DNA of 63,832 bases, filler included, from Octopus bimaculoides (Eukaryota), in NCBI RefSeq assembly GCF_001194135.2. It is 3 parts of 2 records of this genome, joined end to end, with 100 filler letters (N's around TTAATTAATTAA, not from the genome) between each part and the next. Parts side by side here need not be neighbours in the genome. Positions count along the whole stretch, not along the records: positions 41,919 to 63,832 come from NC_068987.1; 2 more parts are not named here. One strand, written 5' to 3'. The first letter of the stretch is position 1. Each line of letters starts with the position of its first letter. This document shows, piece by piece, positions 53,473-63,832 of this stretch. The notes under the pieces are model-generated. The model saw only the letters and a program-made list of their open reading frames with translations. It had not been told where the DNA came from and did not search any database. The translations under genes were made by a program, and so were the position numbers.

Positions 53473-54355
53473 ATGAAAATATAGTGACTTGCTCAAGAAC
53501 ACAATACACACCCTGATCCGGAAATCGAACTCACAACCCCAGGATTGTAAGCCCGGCGCTGTAACCATTGAGCCATACACCGCGCGCGCGTGCGTGTGCG
53601 TGTGCGTGTGCGTGTGCGTGTGCGTGTGTGTGTNNNNNNNNNNTGCGTGCGTGCGTGCGTGCGTGCGTGCGTGTGTGCGCGCGAGGGAGAGAGAGCGTGC
53701 ACGTAATATAACAGACCAGACAGTACAGATTTTAAATTTTCTTAGTTTCAAGTTGGACCAAAATTCGGTGCTTCTTTCGCCATAGTGGTTGTCTATTTTC
53801 TGGACCTTGTATTCGTTCCCGAACAATTAGTTTTCAGCATAAAATTTAAATATGTAAATTGAAATTAAACATTTAGCGATGCTATTTGGAAGGTGTTAAT
53901 AGAGCTATCTCTCAAACAACAACGTCACTTTTAATGAAATACAGAACTTAATGCAAAGGAGTGCGTAATGCACATCTAACTGGATCGTATAGTCACCAGG
54001 AATTAACAGTGACATATCGCATAAAAGCCACGATCATATTTGATTATGCTGCGTCAGTGTTAAAGGATTTTATTGATTATTTTTCGCCTTGAGACCTTCC
54101 TGTCAGTTTTTACGGCAACATGTACCATTGTGCTATTATAACATGGCTTACAAACACTGAGAGATTAGAACTAAACATACAGAAGAGCAATTTATTTCGC
54201 AAAACTGTCTATTATTCTTTGTCCTTTGAGTCAATAAACATGTTAAAATCTGTCGGATAGCAAGATGATTTAACCGAAAGCTACAGGAATATACTTAATG
54301 ATGATATTTAATATCAATCTGTCTATCTATGTCTCTATGCCTTTCTCATGTTTAC

Positions 54356-54422
<67 letters not shown>

Positions 54423-57400
54423 AACTTTTTTATAAATATAGCTTAGTGAGATATATTTGTCAGTTGTAGGCATCAGTGAGAAATATATCATAATGGAATA
54501 ATTTTATTCTTTCACACGTGAAACACAAGCAACTTAATAATTCTGGATTGCATTAATTCATCATGTCCCATTCTCAGATGAATACGTTTGTTAAAGCCGG
54601 ATTAATGTTATGAATTATAATATTTGGGGTTTCAACTTCATCTCTATTGATTTTTATCAGCAATAATCGTTGCAAATACACTTCTAATGTGACACAATAG
54701 TTATAATATGGATATCTTTTGGGTCGTTGACCATTAATGTTATATATGTGTCAAGGAGAGTAAGATGGAAACAGAAGGTAGAAGCCGAAGTAAAGGAGCC
54801 TCCGTGCTGTCATCATCCTTCAGGAAATGCCAAAATTTCACTAGAATTGCTTGTCAGCATCTCGACAAATAAGAAGGGCGAGAGCACATTAGACAATCAA
54901 TTCTTAGAAATGCAATACCACAAAGAAAGAATAGTCGTGGCTTGCACGCTTTTAACCATAATACAAGATTAACGCAACCTAAAACTAAACAATAGCAAAC
55001 GTGAAATAGAGAAATATAACGATCTTACTTAAAATCAGTTACATTTTGGGCCAGCCAATGAAACATAACTTATATAACAGGCAAGGTCAGAAATGGATTA
55101 CAGCCTTCAAAAATCTTCAAACTTACATAATGATGCAAAGACCACGAGACATAATTGAGAATAAATGAATAAAGTAACGATATTATTTTTAGGTCAAAGT
55201 TTGGATATATGCTACTTAGTTAAGAAATTTTATTGGCACCTACCATGTTATGACTTAACACGATTATGTGACGCCTTGAGTTCATCAATACAATGTAAGT
55301 GAAATTTGATACGCGGAGATATATATATATATATATTAAAAAATGGACCTAGGAATTCCTTACGTAGATCCTGCGTCGGAAGTGCAGCTTGATAGCCACA
55401 ATTGGTGAACGTGCTCTCAAGGCACGCTACTAGAGAATACCCAAAACAAGGTATTTGGATACTGCATTTCAAAGTTTCCTATCTAAAGTTCAATTCTAAA
55501 TTGAGCCTATACATATAATTATATTTTATATAGTTATATATTTATATAGTTATATATAGTTATATTTATAACTATATATATAGTTATATTTTTCTTACAA
55601 AAGATAGAGTCTAGTCTTAGATGTTAGACAAGTATGATAAATGGAATGGAGAAAGTTCAAATCAGGTAAACCACAATGAACACGTACGTATACGGATTTA
55701 AGGTAAACATTGTCCAAAAAACATATATTGATATATTAAAAAGTACATATAAAAATATAAAGGTATATGAATATCAAGGATATATATGGACATATAAATA
55801 TATGAACCCTAACCCAAACCCATGCTTTCTTTCTGTTATTAATCATATTTCTGGATGCAGAATTCGACTAACACGTTTTTCACGACTTTTAAACCATTAA
55901 TATTGATTTTCTAAAGCTTTAAATTATATTTTAAAAATCTCTTTGAGAAACACAGGATTAGGAAAGTATAGAGTAGTGGAATATCAAAAGATACACTTGA
56001 CAGCTTCAACATAATGTTCTGAGTTAGGAATTATTGCAAGAATTGGCAGGGTGATAAAAGCATTGACATTTCAGCGTTACAGAATAATGTTATTGAACAC
56101 GGGGTTAATTTTATTCAAACAATTGTTATTGTTGTTTATTTGTCGTTGCTTTACACCGAGTCAACTTTAATGGAGCGAATCTATTATCAAAGGCGTCCAG
56201 CGACGATCATTTTGTTTCTAGAACTATCTATGGTTATAGTACCTAATGTATCCATTGGCCATCTTATTTTTAAAACGTTGGGATGTGTATTGATAGAAAT
56301 TCGGCTGCTATTTTTAGTAGGTCAAGTCTGACATGGAGGTATCTTTTTTGGCTCGCACAGACAACGATCTCGTCGGTTATAAAAGTTCCATAATAAGTGT
56401 GACAACATTTTAGAGGTACACAGTCTGGTAGAATTGATGCTGTCAAGAGCTAAATATTTCATTAATAAACTGAACACTGTTTTTTTATATTGGTTGTTAC
56501 AAATTAAAATTATAAATAAACCTATTATTATCATTTTAAACCAAGTCATACAATATTTGTATGACTTGTTAAAGAAAATTAATGGTATATATAGACAAAA
56601 ATTATCCGTTAAAGTTCGTATGCCATTAGAAGAAAATAGTGGTGTTTCGAGCGGAACTTTTTGTCTCAGGGAGAAAGATATTTAATTTTGTTTAAGAATT
56701 TTTTAAAATGTTTCTCTTTCACTATAGTATATGGATTTATTTCAAATATCACCACTACCACTATATGGTATTTATAGAGAGGTTTATGACTTCAAATGAA
56801 ATTATTGTATATTTGAAAAAATATACAACGAAATTGCCTCATTGATTTTGGTCACAGAAGTGGAACGTAAAGTTGACACATCATGAAGTTAACGAAGACT
56901 TAGGTGTTTTTAAGTGATTAAAAATAGATTCTTTCAATGCAATTGCTTCAGCCTCAATACAAACTCAGGTGAAGTCACTTACATATGAAGTACATCTCCT
57001 AAAATTTCACTAGTAAATTTTATATTTAGAACTATTTTGCTTTACAATATGTAACAACTTCATTATAATTTTAAAATAGACCCATTTTTAAAACCATTTG
57101 TCAACATTCAATCCAAACAACACGTCTACCTAAATAATCACAATCTTATTATTCCCAAAATTTTATTACTTATAAAATCTAATAAATCAGATATTTTGGT
57201 AAATATTTTATTTTTTTTACTGATTATTGTTTTTTTTTTATTTCCGCTGATTGTTAAATATTGACTTTAATAAATCAAACTTAAAATTAGAAGGGAAACC
57301 TGCACTGGTTATTCAACATGGTAGAAATGGCAGCAAAATTATTCTCAAATCATAAATAAAATCTTTAAAAAATGAAGAACATATATAGTTCAGTACTTTC

Positions 57401-59254
57401 TTGAACTGGGTTTAGCTAAACAAACATTTAAAAAAAAATTATCAAAAGTTAAGGATTGTAATGAAAAGTAAAAAAGAAAAATACTACTGCTTTGCAACAA
57501 TAGTATTTTATGTTGAATCAACACTCATTGACTCATTATTGTAATAATAGTATGAGAAAGCAAAATGCTTTTAATTCTGTCAGTATACAAGAAGCTCTCA
57601 AAAAACTTTCTGTGATTACAATGGTCCGCAATGTAATTCGAGTTGGCCAGGCATGGTATAGTGCCATGGCTTACATTTTTATTCTTAATATGTTTCAGTA
57701 GATTCGAATATGAATGTGCTGGTCGCTGATCTGTTTCTTAATAAACAAATTTTCCTTTACGATAAATGTTGTGCGCTTCTAAAGTAATTCATTAGTGGAA
57801 ATGATTCTGGGACAGCCAGTGTTTCGACATCATTGTGTATCGTCAGTCAGAGGCACCACGAATCAATACTCTTGTTCATAACCCTTGTGAATAAACTGTT
57901 TGCTAATATCTGTCAAACGAGAATATATCATCATATGCACAGTAAACGGCGAGAATCAAAACGATGATAGCGTGGATCAACATGATAAGATGCATATTTA
58001 TGGCATTATATAGTATGATTATACACATAGTTTCTGAAAATCGAAGACTAATGAGGGCTGACCTATCACTAAACGACAACGTTATCGTTAACAATCTATG
58101 TTATATATTTCGAGTCTTACAGTAGCAGATATTGTATGTTAATAGGTTTAGATGTTTGACGCTTCTTTACAAGTAATTTCCTTTACGTATTCCTGCACAA
58201 AAATCTGTTTTTACGCTCCGATAATGGCAATGGTAAAACAAATAATAAAACTGTTGAATGTCATATATTACTAATGTAGACATTCTAATGAGTATCAGAA
58301 TATTGTAAACAAAACCAGCGTGATAATAATAACCATGCTGAACCAATATACAAATTAATAAATTTATTTTCCGGAATCTAATATTTATCAAAATATGATG
58401 ATCTATAAACGTAAACTCAGATGGTATTCCAACTGCAAGGCCAAAGCCAAGTAACCTCAACACTGAAAGTTCTCATCTTCCACTCTGCGGATACCCGAGG
58501 GTACACAAAGCTACTCCTGGGTTTTGTGAACTACATTTAAAATTTCATAAAATGCTGCATTATAAAATGCATAATTACTCAGTTATTCCTTTCAGTTGGT
58601 AAAGGTACGTGGCCTAGATCAGATCAGGGTATTCGGTTCCCGGTCTTATGGTCGAGAGTTCTGTGTTGTGTCCTTAAGCAAGACGCTTCATTTCACGTTG
58701 CTCCAGTCCAAAATGAGTAGTATGCGTATTTCGAAGGGTCAGTCTTGTTACATTCTGTGACACGCTGTCTCTCCTTGAGATCTATGTTAAGGGTACGCGG
58801 ATCTGTAGAGTACTCAGACATTTGCATGTTAATTTCACGTACAAGCTGCTCTGTTGATCAACTGGAACACTCGTCGTTCTTACTGATGGAGTGCCAGTTT
58901 CTTTCAGTTGAGAAATATAACAGAGAAAACGAATTTTAACTTCAGTTAATAAACTGAAGGGTTGACAACATTTTCCGCGGGCTGATATCTGTGGAAAAAT
59001 CCGTTTAAAGAAAAGAATGGGAAAATTATAGGAACTAATTGTCTCCATGGTTGCTCTTTCTACTAAACAACAGCAATGAATGTTAGAAGATTAAAATTCA
59101 ACTAGGAGCGTCGTATATTTCACCTAAAAAAAATTTAATACTGAGCTATTTTGAAATAGCTCTCTGTCTTCTCATGTTTTCTTTTTCAAGTTCATCCTTT
59201 ATATTCTTGCAGAGATAAAACAATTCTGGTTCAAATTCCATGTCAGCTGTGAAG

Positions 59255-59485
59255 CAAAATCGTAAATACATTATTTACATTTGACGGCTATTTGTCCTCA
59301 TCTTGTTTGTTGTTAATACAACGTTTCGGCTGATATATCCTGCAGCCATCATCAGGTGTCTTGGGAAAATTTTGAATCTAGGTTCTCATTCCTAAGGTAT
59401 TTTCGGTGTTGTTGTTGTTGTTGTTGTTATTATTATTATTATTCAGGTCAATGCCTGGAATGGAACTCGGAATCTTGGGGTTAAT
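59255..59485 (-). mobile_element. PLE terminal repeat/SINE-like unit homologous to 14043-14330; tRNA head truncated by a family D SINE
   Basis: Minus strand TAACCCCAAGATTCCGAGTTCCATTCCAGGCA...TACCTTAGGAATGAGAACC...HHR...AACAAACAAGATGAGGACA...TGTAAATAATGTA. Confidence 0.8.
59314..59360 (-). ncRNA. Minimal type I hammerhead ribozyme with intact core
   Basis: GACAC-CTGATGA-T-GGCTG-caggatatat-CAGCC-GAAA-CGTT-GTATT; palindromic AACGTT stem III. Confidence 0.75.
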
Positions 59486-62400
59486 AATAATGGTTTCAAA
59501 TTTTGACACAAGGCCAGTAATTTCGTGGAAGGGAATAAGTCGATTACATCGACCCCCGTGCTCAAGTGATGCTTAATTTATCGACCCCGAATGGATGAAT
59601 GACAAAGTTGGCCCCGGCGGAATTTGAATTCAGAACGAACAGACGGATGAAATGCCGCTAAGCATGCTAACCTAATAGCAACAATAATAATAATAGCCAC
59701 AACCTCTCGAAGTGATACACAAGGTTCTTACAAAAAAAAACCCCTGTAGAATAAGACAGACAAATCGAACAACGATGTTCTCCTAGATTCAAATCATATT
59801 ACATTAAATGTTTATAGATATCAACTCTCAATACCCAAGTATAATTGACTACATTTTCTTGAAATTGTAACTGTTATCTACAATTACTATTTTGAGCATT
59901 CGTTGTCACACAATTCCTATTAGAGATTTAACTGATTACTTTCATGCAAATTAGGTAATTTTTAAAATTAATTTTAGCTTGTAGCATTAAGATCGCTCAG
60001 AAGGATTATGTATACAGTTATTCAACTATCTCTTTCACACTCATATATTGACAGTTTAGGTCTTAATTATAAAATAATATGAAACTATTATTCTATGCTA
60101 ATTTAGTTAATTGTTAGAAATTTAAATGTAATAAAATGTTTTTAAAGAAATTTAAAGTGCCTACGTGATAACTGTAAAATTTTAAGTCTTTCTGTAAAGA
60201 AGGATTAGGTTTATACTATCTACAAAGTCCCATCGTTGAAATGTAGATAACAAATTCACATTTTCAACTAGAGAAAAGCCTTCCATATTTTTACTGTTCT
60301 GCTTACTAATTGTATTTGTAATATACGTCTTAGCTGGTTAGGTTCTTCTGAAAACCGTATCTGTTTCATATTGTTCACTTAGGCATTTACTCACAAAACC
60401 GTGTTCACCTATTATTATTAGTAGTAGTATAAATGTGAATTTATAATCTTAGTATAGAAGCTAGAGATTTCGAAGTAGTTGTCCCTAGTTATCTTTGTAT
60501 GTATGTATGTATGTATGTATGTATGTAGGTTGGATGATTGATAGGTTTAAAATCGGTTTAAGCAGTTTACTACTTTAAATACAGAATAGTGAGATCTAGA
60601 AGAATTTCACTACTCCAGTTCAAATTTGCGTTTCGTTTTACTTATGTGAGACAAAATACTTCCGTTTCTATGTTGTCTTCAGAATTTATAGAATACTACT
60701 ATAACTGACACAACAATATCTAACTACTAATTATGTTGATATTATTGAAAAATATATGCCGTGGAAGGAGAACAACGGCGGCTAATTTATCTTCAGTACC
60801 ATAAGATGTATGATAATGTACAAACAGTGAATTGAGCCTTTCATTCTGAATGGAACTTAATTTTAATATGTAATCAAGCATTCGATCAATAAGCTTTGAT
60901 ATATTTGTATGTAACTTCCATGCGAAACAAAATGTCTTTTCTAAAAAGATATCATAGATTGTTAGATTAATGTTAGTGTACGATATTCGAGTAATTTTTT
61001 TAATGCATTATCGGTGTAAGCGAAGTTAGGATTTAAGGTTAGAATTATTATTATTTTAGGATTATAGTTATGAGTTAAGGTTTAGGCTTAGGATTTAGGT
61101 TCAGGATTAGGGATAGGATAAAGCGAAGTAAATTGGCAACAACCAGGATCCATAACCATAAGCTAAGCTCACCAGTATCTATGCTTTTCTTTGCATATAT
61201 ACACATGCATACACGCGCATATATATATTATTCAATAACAGGTTGACTCAGCTCTGTGCAATTTAAAGTTTCCTACTAAAATATCAATAAATACTTGCCA
61301 TTACATTCTTAATCAACCAAATATGAACCATTTTGTTGCACAATGCGTCTCCAACTTTCCTTTAACTTGAAAATACTCGCTTCCCAAAATTGACGTGGTT
61401 TCATGGCAAATAAGTCCAAAGGTAAGCTACTATAAATCGGCACGAACTTTCCGGACAACCCAATATTTTGTGCTGTACAGTATATTTTAAATAATATTTT
61501 GTGAAACACATAGAAACGAAATTTGAGTTAGAAAGTTAACTCAATTCGAAACGCCAACATTAGATAACTTACTCAATCAATTTTAGTTGCTTCAAATAGA
61601 TTAGACATCATCCATCAATATATCGCAAGACATCCGTAACAAACTATGAATACATATTCTGGTGACTTTTATTAAAGCTCCATTCTATCATGTAGATTCA
61701 ATAGTTTATCTTCTCACTTAGGCATTCTGCTTTAGAAACTCAACCCAAATTCAATATTCATTGACACTGTTTTATTTTAGCAGATTTGTTACATTTCTGA
61801 TATTTCTGATATTTGTAGATCAAGATGAGCAGGCTTGTTACATTACAAGAATATTTCATTTCATTATCCGTAATCCATATAAACAGACACACAGAGTCTT
61901 CACTTCTTTGTAGCCTGTTATCAGGGAATTAGATACATGTGAACTTCCGACACCCTACTAACATAAGTTTCACGTTGATAACAAGGAAACATAGCCTGAA
62001 CGCCCGAACGCCTGCACAGAACAAGCTAATTAACAAAGAAATCATAAAATACAGAACTTCGCTGAAATAATTAACTATGGACAGATTCCTAATTAAAACT
62101 ACTTTTATAAAATCACCTCAATACGGTAAAGGTCAATTAATTAATTTTTCACTTTCTTTGGATGATATTTAACAGAAGAGTTTCCTCTATTATCTTTTTC
62201 AATTCTAAACGTTTTATTTCTTTTCTCTATTTTTATTTTATTTTTAAAAATTTATTTTAACGAAAACTTCTTGTGACTTTTACAGTCATGACGAAGCAAC
62301 GCATTCAAGAATTTTAGCCGATCACATTCAATCTGTACTTATTAATCGAAAGGTTAACTTAACATCTGACACAACAGGACTCGATCTACGTACCGACTTA

Positions 62401-62595
62401 CAGAGGTTTACGCATTAAAGACACAGAAACAAGCAACACAAACATGTATACACATGCATACACACGTATACATATATTATTCAATAACAGGTTGACTCAG
62501 CTCCGTGTAATTTACAGTTTCTCAGACTGGTAGAATGAACATAACCATCTGGAGATGGAGTAACACAAGATACGAAACTCGTAAAAGAGTTTTAT

Positions 62596-62650
<55 letters not shown>

Positions 62651-62651
<1 letters not shown>

Positions 62652-63506
62652 GTAGTCTAATCAATAAATATCCGGACTGTTGCCATGGTAACAAAGCTAA
62701 AGCACGCAGAGTAAAGCTGCTTGGCACAGATTAGCCTTGAACAATGTTGTGCACGTGTGGTAAGTTTTACCGCTCTACCTCACTTCTACTGTTCACAGCA
62801 CTGCTTTGAAGAAACGTGTGTAGCGTGTGATCACCACATCAGCCACGATAGGAAAAGTTGAGCGGAGAATCTGCATCAAATTTTGCCAAAAGCTTGTCGA
62901 TACCTGCTCAGAGACCTACGCAAAATTTCCATCTTCCTCGACACAATCAAAGACGTCTTCTGCAACTGAAACTTGAGTGTCTTTGGTCAGCTCAAGCGGT
63001 TTTGATACAAATTTGGCATACACGAGTTTCATATCCAAATCTCCTGTGATAATGGACTGAACTGAACCGTAACACATCTGCACATCCCCTGATAACTCAT
63101 GGATGGTGATTCGACGATTTCCCCTCACAGCTGCACGCACATCTACGATGTTTTTCTTATTTCTGCTGGTTGCGAATCTCCCAAAACGTTTGTCAATATC
63201 GACATTTTTTCGGCCTTCCTAGAAACGTTTGAACCACTCGTACACTTGTGTGCGGCTCATACACTTTGTGCAACTTTGCGTGGACCTCTGAGCAAGTATC
63301 ACCATGAGAGCTTCATCTGTCATGGTCATTGCGTCGACGACTGATTGCATAGTTCCTTCCAAGCAGTGTTGTAAAAAGTAGAAGTGAGCTAGAACTTAGT
63401 TTGCACGCACAACAGAGTGCAAGATCAATCTGTGCCAACTGGCTTCATACTTCGTGCTTTTGGTTCGTTACTATGTTAATAGTACGGATTCTTATTGATC
63501 AGACCT

Positions 63507-63508
<2 letters not shown>
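62651..63508 (-). mobile_element. Internally deleted mariner (DD34D-type) with both TIRs
   Basis: Imperfect ~28-bp TIRs (GTCT.ATCAATAA..ATCCG.ACT); HTH region AAVRGNRRITIHELS..V...YGSVQSIIT.DL.MK.V.AKFV; no DDD domain; (TA)n on both sides. Confidence 0.85.
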
Positions 63509-63538
<30 letters not shown>

Positions 63539-63832
63539 AGTATATATATGCATATATATATGTCTATCTATCTATCTATATATATATGTCTATCTATCTA
63601 TCTATCTATATCTATCTATCTATATCTATCTATATCTATATCTATATCTATCTATCTATATATATATATATTTATAAATATATATACATATAAATATATA
63701 TGTAGATATATATATACATATAAATATATATATGTAGATATATATATATATATATATATATAAATATATATATGTAGATATATATATATATATATATATA
63801 AATATATATATGTAGATATATATATATATATA
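63509..63832. repeat. (TA)n/(TATC)n microsatellite evolving into a ~30-bp minisatellite (TATATATAAATATATATATGTAGATA)
   Basis: Direct reading; about four copies of the higher-order unit. Confidence 0.9.

Overview
AT-rich, repeat-dominated animal genomic DNA with 10 N-gaps. The SINE families, microsatellite load and LINE content point to a coleoid cephalopod, most likely Octopus (inference). No host protein-coding gene could be identified, and almost all long ORFs in the supplied track are microsatellite or N-gap artefacts. Recognisable content is degraded mobile DNA: five R4/Dong-type (RLE) LINE pieces, RTE, CR1 and Tx1/L1-type LINE remnants, Tc1/Tc3/maT/mariner remnants, MITEs and foldback elements, Helitron-like pieces, many tRNA-derived SINEs, and four Penelope-like (PLE) loci with GIY-YIG endonuclease remnants and/or type I hammerhead ribozymes (HHR). 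The most interesting observations are: (1) a PLE terminal-repeat family that joins a tRNA-like Pol III head to a minimal hammerhead with a palindromic stem III; (2) a head-to-tail stack of three different R4/Dong LINEs separated by (TAA)n; (3) a sharp CpG-depleted to CpG-normal transition at an artificial scaffold join near 31.4 kb, suggesting the left half is a methylated gene body whose exons are unresolved; (4) a compact TATA/Inr/Kozak unit with a 24-aa hydrophobic sORF. All alignments, translations and folds were done by eye, so boundaries are approximate.
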